The notes: a model not told the origin generated them from the letters alone. Counted from the first letter of the stretch, positions 1-10,194 are shown. The stretch: 32,000 nucleotides of DNA from Patescibacteria group bacterium (GCA_041674405.1 JBAYVT010000002.1:90001-122000); one strand, 5' to 3'. Numbers and translations: made by a program.

Positions 1-1124
1 ACCTCGACACCTTCTTTTGCTTCGATTGCCTGGTGCAGGCCCTCGGAGTATCTGCGGCCGATCATAAGCCGTCCAGTAAACTCATCAACAATGATAATTT
101 CACCTTCTCGAACCACGTAATCTCGATCACGCTTGAACAGGGCATGCGCCTTCAGTGCTTGCTCGAGATGATGGACCATGTTGCCACCGGAAACCTCATA
201 TATATTCTCAACACCTAGCATCTTTTCCATTTTACGAATGCCTTCGTCGGTAAGATAAACTGATTTCTCCTTTTCTTGAACCGTATAATCCTCGCTTTCG
301 GATAAACGCGGCACGAGTGATGCAAATTGGGCGTACATGCTGCCAGATTCTTCGGCCGCTGCCGAAATAATAAGCGGAGTACGCGCTTCATCAATCAAAA
401 TCGAGTCCACCTCATCGACGATGGCAAAATAAAGTTCGCGTTGGACACAGGCTTCCACGCTCGGTGCCATGTTATCACGCAAATAATCAAAACCGAATTC
501 ATTGTTCGTGCCATAGGTGACGTCGCAAGCATAGGCCTCCTTGCGGCTACAAGGAGTAAGGTTTGATCCATCACATTCGGAGTAGTGCTTGTAGGACTTA
601 GTCTTTTCAAATCTGTAGGTCTCTTGATTACTTTGGATCACACCGACGGTCATCCCAAGAAAATTATAAACCTCTCCCATACCCTCACCGTTAAATTTTG
701 AGAGATAATCGTTGACCGTAACCAAATGAACACCGCGCCCAGTGAGAGCATTTAGATAGAGAGGTAGGGTTGCAACAATAGTTTTTCCCTCTCCGGTTTT
801 CATCTCTGCGATATTGCCTTCGTGAAGTACCAACCCACCGATAATTTGAACGTCAAATTGGCGCTCATTCCAGACGCGCTTGGTCGCTTCGCGGACAATA
901 GCAAAAGCCTCGGGAGTGATTTCTTCGAGAATTTCCTTCTCTCTTTCTAAATCACCGCCTGCTTCCGCCAACCGTAATTTGAGTTCGGCAGTTTTGTCCC
1001 TCAGCTCCTTGTCAGTCAGTTTCTGAAACTCAGCTTCAAGATCGGAGATTCTATCAACCTTCGCTCGGAGCTTCCGGATAACCTTTTGATATGAATTCCC
1101 AACCAATTTATCTAAAAACGACAT
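1..1124 (-). CDS. secA: Preprotein translocase subunit SecA, N-terminal part (runs off the left edge)
   Basis: Minus-strand reading from ATG at 1124 gives [49 protein letters not shown]...[54 protein letters not shown]...[19 protein letters not shown]...[18 protein letters not shown], which are classic SecA motifs. Open to position 1. Confidence 0.97.
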   Translation of the reverse strand, partial: MSFLDKLVGNSYQKVIRKLRAKVDRISDLEAEFQKLTDKELRDKTAELKLRLAEAGGDLEREKEILEEITPEAFAIVREATKRVWNERQFDVQIIGGLVLHEGNIAEMKTGEGKTIVATLPLYLNALTGRGVHLVTVNDYLSKFNGEGMGEVYNFLGMTVGVIQSNQETYRFEKTKSYKHYSECDGSNLTPCSRKEAYACDVTYGTNNEFGFDYLRDNMAPSVEACVQRELYFAIVDEVDSILIDEARTPLIISAAAEESGSMYAQFASLVPRLSESEDYTVQEKEKSVYLTDEGIRKMEKMLGVENIYEVSGGNMVHHLEQALKAHALFKRDRDYVVREGEIIIVDEFTGRLMIGRRYSEGLHQAIEAKEGVE

Positions 1125-1211
1125 AACTCTCCATCTTTTTATGTCTGGCTTTAACTCAAAGAATACCACGATTCGAGCGTAAAAACAATCAATAGCACGA
1201 TTAAATTTAAG

Positions 1212-1619
1212 CTACTTCTTCCTTCTTCTTGGGACCAATCTGCCTACAGAGCCGACGGCGTTGATAATGCCTTTGATTCTGTTTCCTTCTCGATCTTCTT
1301 TTTCCCTGCGGATTCGGCCATATCGGCGAAGACGGCGCTCAAACGATTTAAAGGCAAACCCGAATGCGCGCATCAAGCGGTCGTCGATTTCTTTGATAAA
1401 AATTTCTTCTTTTGGGAGTGCTGCTTTGATAGATACAGATTGGTCAATCCCGCCTTTCTCCGGACCAGATTCGTCCGTAAGTGTCACGATCACATCTACC
1501 GGGCTGAATGCTTTGACATACTTTTTCAGCTGCAACACTTTTTTCTCAATGAGCGCTTTCTGCTTAGACGTTACAATCACCCCTTTGGTATGTACCGTTA
1601 CGTTCATGGATTCTCCCAA
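1212..1619 (-). CDS. hpf: Ribosome hibernation promoting factor / S30AE (RaiA/YfiA) family; start may be 1607 (MNVTVHTKG)
   Basis: MNVTVHTKGVIVTSKQKALIEKKVLQLKKYVKAFSPVDVIVTLTDESG...IKEIDDRLMRAFGFAFKSFERRLRRY matches the S30AE fold pattern, with a basic C-terminal tail. Confidence 0.85.
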   Translation of the reverse strand: MGESMNVTVHTKGVIVTSKQKALIEKKVLQLKKYVKAFSPVDVIVTLTDESGPEKGGIDQSVSIKAALPKEEIFIKEIDDRLMRAFGFAFKSFERRLRRYGRIRREKEDREGNRIKGIINAVGSVGRLVPRRRKK

Positions 1620-1705
1620 AAATTAGTTTTTAATTTTTAACTAATTCTATTATCTTATAGTAAACTTAATTAATACTGAATTAACAATAGAGTAATCGCC
1701 GAAAT

Positions 1706-2965
1706 CTAGCGCTTAATTTCAGAAAAACCGCAGTATTTTTTAAGAACTTCCGGAACTTTGATCGAGCCATCTTTCTGTTGATAATTTTCCATGATAGCGA
1801 TAAGAGCCCGCCCAATAGCAAGAGCGGTTCCATTAAGGGTGTGTAACACTTCTACTTTGCCGTCTTTATCGCGATAACGGATGTTTAACCTGCGGGCTTG
1901 GAAATCAGTGCAGTTTGAGCAAGAATGGGTCTCGCGGTAGTTGTTCTCTCCCGGCATCCAGGATTCGACATCAAATTTTTTCGCCGCCGGCGCACCGAGA
2001 TCACCTGCACAAATATTGGCAATCTGATAAGGAATTTTCAATCCTTGCATGATTTTTTCCTCAATGGAAACGAGGTATTCATGCTCCTTTTTCGAATCTT
2101 TTGGCAAAGCAAACGAAAACATTTCAATTTTGTCGAATTGGTGGACTCGTAAAATGCCGCGGACATCCTTCCCGTGACTCCCGGCCTCACGCCTAAAGCA
2201 GGTTGAGAAACCGACGTAGCGAATTGGCAAGTCTTTGGAATCGATAATTTCGTTGGCATGATAGCCTGCAAGGGGCTGTTCAGCCGTACCAGCAAGATAT
2301 GTATCATCCTGAGTTCGATAAATTTCATCTTCGCCGCCGGGAATATAACCGGCGCCTTCCATGATTGAACGATTTAGAAGAACCGGTGGTAACATCGGAG
2401 TGAACTTTTCTTTGGTCAAAATTTCCATCACATACTGAATCAAGGCAAATTCAAGCGCAACTAGTTCATTTTTCAAAAAATAAAATCGGGAACCGGAAAT
2501 TTTTGCCGCTCTTTCTGTATCAATCAAATCTAATTTATCGCCAAGAGCAACATGGTCAAGTGGCTTAAAATCAAATTTGGTTGGCTCACCCCATTTGCGA
2601 TTGACCGTATTGTCTTTGTCCGATTCGCCATCGATTACGTCATCTTCCGGAGGGTTTGGGACATCAAGCATAATTTTCTTAAATTCGGCCTCGGCTGCTT
2701 CGGCTTCCGGCTTGAGTTTTTTGACTTTATCAGAATAAATACTGGCGTCGTTTACCGCGTCAATCTTCTGTTGGCCATGAAGCTCAGAAATGTCCTTGGA
2801 TCGGCGCTTGAGCTCAGATTGGGCTGATTCCAGCTCCGATAATACCCGGCGGCGGTTCCTGTCAATCATTATAAGCTCTTCGATGATTTTCGGATTCGCA
2901 CCTTTGCGCGCAATTTTTTTCTTGATCTCTTCCGGATTCTCCCGGATCAGCTTAATGTCTAACAT
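1706..2965 (-). CDS. serS: Seryl-tRNA synthetase
   Basis: MLDIKLIRENPEEIKKKIARKG...GTAEQPLAGYHANEIIDSKDLPIRYVGFSTCFRREAGSHGKDVRGILRVHQFDKIEMF...SCSNCTDFQARRLNIRYR...LNGTALAIGRALIAIMENYQ. Class II synthetase motifs. Confidence 0.98.
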   Translation of the reverse strand: MLDIKLIRENPEEIKKKIARKGANPKIIEELIMIDRNRRRVLSELESAQSELKRRSKDISELHGQQKIDAVNDASIYSDKVKKLKPEAEAAEAEFKKIMLDVPNPPEDDVIDGESDKDNTVNRKWGEPTKFDFKPLDHVALGDKLDLIDTERAAKISGSRFYFLKNELVALEFALIQYVMEILTKEKFTPMLPPVLLNRSIMEGAGYIPGGEDEIYRTQDDTYLAGTAEQPLAGYHANEIIDSKDLPIRYVGFSTCFRREAGSHGKDVRGILRVHQFDKIEMFSFALPKDSKKEHEYLVSIEEKIMQGLKIPYQIANICAGDLGAPAAKKFDVESWMPGENNYRETHSCSNCTDFQARRLNIRYRDKDGKVEVLHTLNGTALAIGRALIAIMENYQQKDGSIKVPEVLKKYCGFSEIKR

Positions 2966-2974
2966 AATTTCTTC

Positions 2975-3214
2975 CTATTCTTGGCCTATTAAATTCTTTC
3001 GACTTATTTTGATTTCATTATCTTCAATTAGCAGTTTGCCATCATGCAATTTAATCAGTAAGGGAACCACCCCACATTGCCGACACTTTCCCCAACCGCA
3101 CCCATCACCATTTTCGGCTGACAATTTCTGACAGAGACTGATTTCCCGATTGAAAACTTCATCATTGATAATCCCCGCTTTAAGCCCCGTTTGACAAGTC
3201 AATTCATTTTTCAC
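2975..3214 (-). CDS. Small Cys-rich protein of unknown function between lysS and serS
   Basis: 79-aa ORF tightly packed between two synthetase genes in the same orientation; contains CGWGKCRQCGVVPLLIKLHDGKL. Confidence 0.65.
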   Translation of the reverse strand: MKNELTCQTGLKAGIINDEVFNREISLCQKLSAENGDGCGWGKCRQCGVVPLLIKLHDGKLLIEDNEIKISRKNLIGQE

Positions 3215-3216
3215 AT

Positions 3217-3639
3217 TTATCCTATTAGCTTAAAGGCTTTGGAAATTTCTTCAACTTCTTTGCGCTCACCGAAAATTAGAACGCCCAAAAATTCAATTTC
3301 ATTCTCATTTTTCGATGCGGTGATCTCGGAAATTTTTTTATCGTTGGTCGAATCCAGCATTTCGCGAGTAAAAACATATGATAATTGCTTTCTTGCTCTC
3401 GCGGTTTCCAAAAGGTCAACCAACTCTTCGCTATTGCCAGCACCCTTAATGACTATGGCGTGTTTAGGATTTAATGGAAGCGATTTTCCGTCTTTTGTCT
3501 CAATCGAATTTGTTGTAAAAATCTCTTTACCAACCCTCCCCGCAAATGAAGCTGATAAATGTGCAATCGTGTTCATTTCTTGCCACTCGTTCATGCCTGC
3601 ATTTTTGTTCAAAACAACAATGGCTAGTTTATTTTCGGT
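3217..3639 (-). other. DUF2000-like / PTH2-fold-like C-terminal domain fused to LysRS
   Basis: TENKLAIVVLNKNAGMNEWQEMNTIAHLSASFAGRVGKEIFTTNSIETKDGKS...HAIVIKGAGNSEELVDLLETARARKQLSYVFTREML...EIEFLGVLIFGERKEVEEISKAFKLIG resembles DUF2000 by eye; it starts after class II motif 3. Confidence 0.55.
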
Positions 3640-5028
3640 GGATTTAACAAGCTCCGGTCGCATAAATGGGAAAAACAAAACTTCGCGCAATGTTTGAGAT
3701 GAAGTTAATACGCGCACAAATCGATCGATTCCCATGCCCCAGCCAGCTGCTGGCGGCATACCGTATTCAATAGCTTTCAAGAAATCTTCATCGAGCTCCT
3801 GTGCTTCCTCGTCACCTTTTTCCCGAAGTTTCATCTGATCCTCAAATCTTTTGCGCTGGTCAACCGGATCATTGAGCTCCGAAAACGCCTTCAGAAGTTC
3901 CAAACCGCCAATAACAAGCTGAAAAGAATCGACGACATCAGGATTTTCTTCATTTCTCTTGGCCAGAGGAATAAGATCGGTCGGGTGATTCGTCACAAAT
4001 GTTGGCTCAATCAATTTCATCAACCCTTCCTTGAAAGCCTCGTCGGTATTTTTACCCCCTGTCAATTCTTTGAAAGTAATTTTCTTAAATGGTTTTGAAA
4101 AATCAATTTTATTGCCATAAATATCAAGCTCAAGCTTGCCATTGTTTATGGATTTTATGACATGGCGGATCAATTCCTCGGTCAGATCCATCAATTTTTC
4201 ATAATCCGAATAAGCCCAGTAAAATTCTAGGTTTGTAAATTCCGGATTATGCGTGGCATCCACACCTTCGTTTCGAAAACAGCGTGCAAATTCAAATACT
4301 TTTTCGAATCCGCCTACCAACAGGCGTTTTAGATATAACTCCGGAGCAATTCGAAGAAAAACATCCCGATCGTACGCATTGTAATGCGTAACAAAAGGCT
4401 TCGCTGAAGCACCACCGGCAATCGGCTGAAGCGTTGGAGTATCAACTTCCAAAAAACCCTTTTCAACCAAAAATTCACGAATCGAAGAAATTACTTTTGA
4501 ACGAATATAAAACTTATCTTTGACATCCTGATTTATCGCAAGATCAAGATATCTCTCGCGGTATCGGGTTTCTGTATCTTTAAGCCCATAAAAACTTTCC
4601 GGAAAGGGACGTATTGCCTTGGTTAGAATTTTTGTCTTTTTGACTTCTACTGATAATTCTCCCGCATTGGTTAGAAACAAACTTCCCGAAACTTCAACAA
4701 TGTCACCAAGATCATACAAGGAAACAAGTTTGAACTCCTCGGAAGACAAATTGTCAGCCTTGAAAACTGCCTGAATTTTTCCGCTTTCATCTGAAATATC
4801 GGAAAAAATTAATTTGCCATGTCCGCGCAAGCCGGTAATTCTCCCTGCTACGGAAATTTCTTGATGCGAGGAAAGAAGTTCCTCTTTAATTTCCCTAATT
4901 CGTGAATTGTAGTATGATTTTTTTGATTTTTCAGGATAGGCAAGAAAACCGAGATCTTCGATCTTTTTTATTTTTTTGATTCTTTCTGTAATAATTTCAC
5001 GCTCGGTCGCCCCGATTTCTTTTGCCAT
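3217..5028 (-). CDS. lysS: Lysyl-tRNA synthetase (class II) with a C-terminal extension
   Basis: Class II LysRS motifs RYLDLAINQDVKDKFYIRSKVISSIREFL, RNEGVDATHNPEFTNLEFYWAYSDYE, EYGMPPAAGWGMGIDRFVRVLTSSQTLREVLFFPFMRP, followed by an additional ~140 aa. Confidence 0.97.
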   Translation of the reverse strand: MAKEIGATEREIITERIKKIKKIEDLGFLAYPEKSKKSYYNSRIREIKEELLSSHQEISVAGRITGLRGHGKLIFSDISDESGKIQAVFKADNLSSEEFKLVSLYDLGDIVEVSGSLFLTNAGELSVEVKKTKILTKAIRPFPESFYGLKDTETRYRERYLDLAINQDVKDKFYIRSKVISSIREFLVEKGFLEVDTPTLQPIAGGASAKPFVTHYNAYDRDVFLRIAPELYLKRLLVGGFEKVFEFARCFRNEGVDATHNPEFTNLEFYWAYSDYEKLMDLTEELIRHVIKSINNGKLELDIYGNKIDFSKPFKKITFKELTGGKNTDEAFKEGLMKLIEPTFVTNHPTDLIPLAKRNEENPDVVDSFQLVIGGLELLKAFSELNDPVDQRKRFEDQMKLREKGDEEAQELDEDFLKAIEYGMPPAAGWGMGIDRFVRVLTSSQTLREVLFFPFMRPELVKSTENKLAIVVLNKNAGMNEWQEMNTIAHLSASFAGRVGKEIFTTNSIETKDGKSLPLNPKHAIVIKGAGNSEELVDLLETARARKQLSYVFTREMLDSTNDKKISEITASKNENEIEFLGVLIFGERKEVEEISKAFKLIG

Positions 5029-5109
5029 GATTGTTCCTGATATGGTTTTAATTTAAAAAATTGTTACTTTGAATCCCTCTTTTATTTTATACCACAATAT
5101 TGAGTCTGA

Positions 5110-5148
5110 TTAAACAAAAATCTCTCGCAGTGAGAGATTTTTGTTTAA
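5110..5148. terminator. Strong hairpin terminator between greA and lysS
   Basis: TTAAACAAAAATCTCTC-GCAGT-GAGAGATTTTTGTTTAA: 17-nt perfect arms with T-rich distal halves. Confidence 0.85.
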
Positions 5149-5165
5149 TATATTTTTCAAAAAGC

Positions 5166-5627
5166 CTATTTAATTTCAACTACCTTATATGACCTCTCGC
5201 CGGCCGGGGTTTGGACTTTCACACTCTCTCCCACTTTACTACCGATAAGTGCCCGCCCAATGGGTGAATCCGATGAAATCTTTCCGTTTGAAGGATCAGA
5301 TTCGTCGCTACCGACAATTTCAAAATTAATCTCATTACCATCAGAGGTCAGGGTTACAGCACAACCAACAGCAACCACCCCGTTCTTGTAACATTTTTCG
5401 ATTATTTTTGCGTGCTTAATTTTATATTTGAGCTCGGCTGCGCGCCCTGCTAAAAATGACTGCTGTTCTTTCGCTTCATGATATTCGGCATTCTCCGATA
5501 AATCGCCAAGATCGCGCGCATCAGCAATTTTTTGCGCAATTTCTTTAAGCTTAATATTTTCAATACCAGAAAGCTCAGATTTTAATTTTTCCAAGCCCCC
5601 TGGCGTAAGGTAAATTTCTTTTTCCAT
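5166..5627 (-). CDS. greA: Transcription elongation factor GreA (preferred start 5627; track start is 5669)
   Basis: MEKEIYLTPGGLEKLKSELSGIENIKLKEIAQKIADARDLGDLSENAEYHEAKEQQSFLAGR...SPIGRALIGSKVGESVKVQTPAGERSYKVVEI; AAGGGAG Shine-Dalgarno directly upstream of ATG 5627. Confidence 0.95.
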   Translation of the reverse strand: MEKEIYLTPGGLEKLKSELSGIENIKLKEIAQKIADARDLGDLSENAEYHEAKEQQSFLAGRAAELKYKIKHAKIIEKCYKNGVVAVGCAVTLTSDGNEINFEIVGSDESDPSNGKISSDSPIGRALIGSKVGESVKVQTPAGERSYKVVEIK

Positions 5628-5821
5628 CGGTTCTCCCTTGTTAACCTTTGTAATTTTACCAGAATTCAATCACATTTTTAAGATAGTGATAAACAGAATC
5701 CCGCTGGTTAGGACGGGACAATATGAGCTATCTTTCTGTTTAGTTTTTTCATAATATGCGAACTTTGATTGTATGTCAATAGATAGTAATGTTTCGCAAA
5801 AATAATTCTTATCTTAAAAGA

Positions 5822-7753
5822 TTATCTCGTAAAATAATAATTTAGAATATTCTTTGCGACCGGAGCGGATACCTCATTTCCACCTCCTCCACCTTCTATC
5901 AAAACTATCAGGGCAATCGAGGGATTATCATATGGGGCATAACACTCAAACCAAGCATGAGTCTTCTGGTTTCCAAAAAATTGCGCTGTTCCAGTTTTTC
6001 CGGCAACAGCAACAGGAAAATTCGAACCAAATACGCTTGTTGCCGATCCTCCGGTGATAGTCATTCGCATGCCTTCCTGAACCGCTTTAATTACACTTAG
6101 GGGTGCAACTTGAGGATTTTCCACACGTGGGCTAAATTCTTTAACAACATTACCTGACGGATCAGTAATTTTTTGTACGAATTGCGGATGAAGTAATTTT
6201 CCACCATTCGCAATAGTGGCTGTGGCCCTGGCCATTTGAATCGGCGTTACCAATAAATCGCCCTGCCCGATTGCTGCATGATATGTATCGCCAATATACC
6301 AATCTTCTCCTTTAGTTTTTTGCTTCCAGGCTTCATCCGGCAAAAGCCCGCTTGCTTCTGATGGCAAATCAATTCCCGTTTCTTCACCTAAGCCAAATTT
6401 CTGCCACCAAAATTTCATTGTATCAATCCCAAGGCCCTTAATTTTGTCGAAACCACCTCCGATAGCATAGAAAAATATATTGTTTGATTCTGCAATCGCG
6501 CGGATTATATTTGTTACCCCATGGTCTTTCCAGTCGGGAAAATTCCATTCTCCAATTGTAATTGCTGGTGGAGTGTCAAAAGATGTATTTACATTGATCG
6601 AGCCCTCCGCAAGGCCAGCCGATGCCATCACAATTTTAATAATCGAACCGGGGGGATAAATGCCATTTACTGCGCGGTCCAAAAGTGGTTTTGCCGGATC
6701 GTTTAATAGATTTTGATAATCAGAATTAGATATGCCATTTACAAACAAATTATTATCGTAATATGGTACCGAAACATACGACAGGATTGCTCCATTTTGG
6801 GGATTCATTGCAATCACTACCCCGGAATCGATGTTTGTGTTTCCGGTATTTTGCTTGGCTTGCTCGATTCCTTGCATTAGAAATTCATAAGATTTCTGCT
6901 GAAGGCCAGAGTCCAGAAACAGCTGTACATTATCGCCAGAGACCGGTTCCCTGTTATCACTATCAACCAGCACGCGGTTGATCCGGCCTGTCGAATCAAC
7001 CTCGATTTGTTCCACACCATTTTTACCTTTCAAATACTCATCATATGTTTTTTCAATTCCTGCTTTGCCTGTCCAGTCTGAATTCAAATATTCCGGATGA
7101 TCCAAAAGATCATCAGAAGATACCTTTCCCGTATAACCTAAAATATGAGATAAACCTGGCAAATTAACATAATTTCGCGAAGCGCGCTGGGCAACAAAGG
7201 CTCCTTCAAGACCAGCCACTTTTTGTTCATCAATTAGCGCCTCCTCTCTCCCAAGATTTTGTTTGATTACCACTTCATCCAAAGACAAAAGACCATTTCC
7301 CTCAGATGTTTTTTTGATCGAATCCTTGTCTACTCCGGAAATTTCTGCAAGTTTTGCATATACCTTGTCCCGATCATCCTGTTTTTTCGGCAAGTCAGAA
7401 GGGTACACAGCCAAATCGAAAGTAGGCACGTTTTTTGCAAGTGGATTGCCGCTGGAATCAGTTACAAGACCCCTTGTCGCGGAAATAACCCGAGGACGGA
7501 TTCTGTTCCCCTCTGCTAAACCCATGAGCGATTTGCCTTGGACAATCTGAGATAAAAATAACTTTGATGCGATTATTAAGAAAATTCCGATCGTGACTAT
7601 TTTTAAAATTGTCAATCTTGGCCTGGTCGTTTCTAAGTTCAGCGACCCGATTTCATTTTCTTCTACCAAAGAAAATTCAGGCTCATCTTTGATCTCAACC
7701 CTACGAACATTCTTATCCCCTTTGAGATTTGAGGCATTACCAAATATGTCCAT
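5822..7753 (-). CDS. mrdA: Penicillin-binding protein 2 (peptidoglycan transpeptidase)
   Basis: N-terminal TM, PBP dimerisation region, KPLLDRAVNGIYPPGSIIKIVMASAGL (SxxK region), KTGTAQF motif. Confidence 0.92.
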   Translation of the reverse strand: MDIFGNASNLKGDKNVRRVEIKDEPEFSLVEENEIGSLNLETTRPRLTILKIVTIGIFLIIASKLFLSQIVQGKSLMGLAEGNRIRPRVISATRGLVTDSSGNPLAKNVPTFDLAVYPSDLPKKQDDRDKVYAKLAEISGVDKDSIKKTSEGNGLLSLDEVVIKQNLGREEALIDEQKVAGLEGAFVAQRASRNYVNLPGLSHILGYTGKVSSDDLLDHPEYLNSDWTGKAGIEKTYDEYLKGKNGVEQIEVDSTGRINRVLVDSDNREPVSGDNVQLFLDSGLQQKSYEFLMQGIEQAKQNTGNTNIDSGVVIAMNPQNGAILSYVSVPYYDNNLFVNGISNSDYQNLLNDPAKPLLDRAVNGIYPPGSIIKIVMASAGLAEGSINVNTSFDTPPAITIGEWNFPDWKDHGVTNIIRAIAESNNIFFYAIGGGFDKIKGLGIDTMKFWWQKFGLGEETGIDLPSEASGLLPDEAWKQKTKGEDWYIGDTYHAAIGQGDLLVTPIQMARATATIANGGKLLHPQFVQKITDPSGNVVKEFSPRVENPQVAPLSVIKAVQEGMRMTITGGSATSVFGSNFPVAVAGKTGTAQFFGNQKTHAWFECYAPYDNPSIALIVLIEGGGGGNEVSAPVAKNILNYYFTR

Positions 7754-8241
7754 CAGTCTTTAACCAGTTTTAATTTTTGGGCTACTATTTTTGCTATTGA
7801 GAAAACAACAATGCCCGCAAGAGAATTCACTACTATAAAAGTAAGTGCAGATAGAAATGATTGAATTGAAAAATTTAATTCCAGGATTATCAAAAGGATT
7901 TGAAAAACTGCACATGAGCCAACAATAATGAACAAGAATGAGAAATACGTCAAATCAAATCTGATTTTTTGCCTAAGATAAAAAATTAGAAGGGGAATAA
8001 TTATAAATAAAATGAGGATGTATTGAATCGGAACAGAAGACAACCCGGCGTAAAACAAGACCGCAAATGACGCAAAGATAATTGAATAATATTTAAGATC
8101 CAACGCCGCAAGAATGAGTTGGATTATAAAGACAAGAAGAATTGACGAGCCAGCGACAGAGAGAAAAGAAAAATACGAAATATCAAGAAGTGTTGCTATC
8201 AGTGCTGTGATACCCAAAAAAATGTAAGTAAGTATCGTCAT
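7753..8241 (-). CDS. mreD: Rod-shape-determining protein MreD
   Basis: Hydrophobic multi-TM 162-aa protein between mreC and pbp2. Confidence 0.8.
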   Translation of the reverse strand: MTILTYIFLGITALIATLLDISYFSFLSVAGSSILLVFIIQLILAALDLKYYSIIFASFAVLFYAGLSSVPIQYILILFIIIPLLIFYLRQKIRFDLTYFSFLFIIVGSCAVFQILLIILELNFSIQSFLSALTFIVVNSLAGIVVFSIAKIVAQKLKLVKD

Positions 8242-9017
8242 TTGTATACAAACACTATTTCTAATTTCGAAAAATCAACAATCGGTTGTACGCTCAATGT
8301 CTTGAAAATGTCTGCGCTGCCAGAGGTAGCTCCATAAACAGAGCCAATCATGAGCCCTTGTTCTAAATCCCCACCCAAACCGGATGTTATAACCATCTCA
8401 CCCTTATTGGTCGCAATATCTTGGGGAATGTTGTCAAGAGAAAGTCCCGCCAAACCGCCCGTGAGGATCCCTACCTCGCGTGAATCTTGCAACATTGCCT
8501 GCACTATCGAATCCTTTGAGGTTATTAACATTACTTTTGAACTTTTAGCATTGACTTCGGATACTTTTCCAACCAGGGCACCATCAGTAATTATCGCGAG
8601 GCCCAAACCTACACCGTCATCGCTGCCTTTATCGATAACAATGTAATCCAGCGCAGATATTGGATCCCTGCCGATAATTTTTGCCGGGATAAGCTCTCGA
8701 TTTTGATGCGCTTCAACAAACCCAAGTTGTTTTTTTAACGTTTCGTTCTCAATCTTAAGTTCATTTAGTTCGTTTTTATCAATTTCTGCCTGAGAAAGTT
8801 TGTTGGTTAATTCTGCATTAATCTTTTTGAGATCAGAAATTTCACTTATTCCATGAAACAAGCCTCGCGTTGCAAAAGAAGAATGCGAAATTGCTCCAAT
8901 CATCGGGGAAAATACATACGAAAACGAAACACTGATCTTTTTTCGTGTAAATGGAACAATGGCAAGAAGAATTACCAGCGCCGCAACAAACACTAAAATG
9001 TTTTTATTCCTCCTCAT
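8238..9017 (-). CDS. mreC: Rod-shape-determining protein MreC
   Basis: Single TM plus coiled coil, then IPAKIIGRDPISALDYIVIDKGSDDGVGLGLAIITDGALVGKVSEV; ATGA stop/start overlap with mreD. Confidence 0.93.
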   Translation of the reverse strand: MRRNKNILVFVAALVILLAIVPFTRKKISVSFSYVFSPMIGAISHSSFATRGLFHGISEISDLKKINAELTNKLSQAEIDKNELNELKIENETLKKQLGFVEAHQNRELIPAKIIGRDPISALDYIVIDKGSDDGVGLGLAIITDGALVGKVSEVNAKSSKVMLITSKDSIVQAMLQDSREVGILTGGLAGLSLDNIPQDIATNKGEMVITSGLGGDLEQGLMIGSVYGATSGSADIFKTLSVQPIVDFSKLEIVFVYK

Positions 9018-9024
9018 AAACCCT

Positions 9025-10080
9025 CTAACGCAATCTAAATTCCGCAGGCAACAAAATGCCGGAAAGGACGTCTAGATCTTCTAAAACTATACCGGTTCCC
9101 CTTACAACCGCAGTAAGAGGATCATCTGCAATATGGACAATGGTATGTGTTTCCTCAGCAATCAGTGCATCGATTCCCTTAAGTAGCGCTCCACCACCAG
9201 CCAGGATAATACCTTTATCCATTATATCAGCCAAAAGTTCCGGTGGGGTTTCTTCCATAGTTGATTTTATATTATCAATTATCATTCGAACGGATTTTTT
9301 CATTGCTTCCCGCATTTGATCAGCAGTTACAATAATCTCTTTTGGCAGACCAGAAACCAAGTCGCGTCCCCTGAGGCGCGCTTCCAGTTTATCTTTAAGT
9401 GGCACGACTGAACCGATTTTTATTTTTATCTGTTCCGCTGTGCGTTCTCCGACCAATAAATTAAACTGATCGCGGGCATATTGAATAATATCTTCGTTTA
9501 GTTCGTCTCCGGCTACGCGAAGAGAACGTGAAGCAACGATTCCGCCAAGCGAAATTACTGCGACTTCAGTGGTTCCGCCACCGATATCTACAACCATTGT
9601 GCCGGATGCATCTTGTACCGGAAGCCTTGCCCCAATTGCTGCCGCTATCGGCTCTTCAATCAGATACACTTCACGCGCACCCGCATTTATAGCTCCTTCT
9701 TCAACAGCTCTTCGCTCAACTTCAGTCACCCCATATGGGATACCCACAACTACTCGTGGACGCGGTAGAAGAAAAAATTTATCGCGATGAACCTTATCAA
9801 GAAAATATTTTAACATTTGCTCCGTCACTTCGAAATCAGAAATAACACCATCAACCAGCGGACGAATCGCCACAATATGCGATGGAGTACGGCCAACCAT
9901 CCTTTTCGCTTCTTCGCCGACTGCCAGTATTGCTTTAGTATTTTTATTGATCGCAACTACCGAAGGTTCACGAATTACAATGCCAGCACCTTTCACATAC
10001 ACCAAAGTATTGGCAGTGCCAAGATCAATGCCAATATCATGAGAGAAGCGATTAAAAATAATGTCTAATGGATTTTTCAT
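9025..10080 (-). CDS. mreB: Rod-shape-determining protein MreB
   Basis: DIGIDLGTANTLVYVKGAGIVIREPSVVAINK...VVGIPYGVTEVERRAVEEGAINAGAREVYLIEEPIAAAIGARLPVQDASGTMVVDIGGGTTEVAVISLGGIV. Confidence 0.99.
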   Translation of the reverse strand: MKNPLDIIFNRFSHDIGIDLGTANTLVYVKGAGIVIREPSVVAINKNTKAILAVGEEAKRMVGRTPSHIVAIRPLVDGVISDFEVTEQMLKYFLDKVHRDKFFLLPRPRVVVGIPYGVTEVERRAVEEGAINAGAREVYLIEEPIAAAIGARLPVQDASGTMVVDIGGGTTEVAVISLGGIVASRSLRVAGDELNEDIIQYARDQFNLLVGERTAEQIKIKIGSVVPLKDKLEARLRGRDLVSGLPKEIIVTADQMREAMKKSVRMIIDNIKSTMEETPPELLADIMDKGIILAGGGALLKGIDALIAEETHTIVHIADDPLTAVVRGTGIVLEDLDVLSGILLPAEFRLR

Positions 10081-10170
10081 AAAAAATATTCAAATCTCAA
10101 AATTAAGGGAATTTATTTCATTAATAGTTTTTGATTACCATTTTTATTTTTGATCTTTGAATTTCGAATT

Positions 10171-10194
10171 ATTTTTTGTGTATACACAAAAAAT
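10171..10194. repeat. Perfect 24-bp palindrome upstream of mreB
   Basis: ATTTTTTGTGTA/TACACAAAAAAT, read directly in the 220-bp gap between mltG and mreB. Confidence 0.8.

Noticed and set aside
1261-1640. Two plus-strand ORFs (121 aa and 66 aa) antisense to hpf
   Set aside because: Arginine/serine-rich translations fully overlapping a convincing HPF gene; shadow ORFs of the opposite strand.
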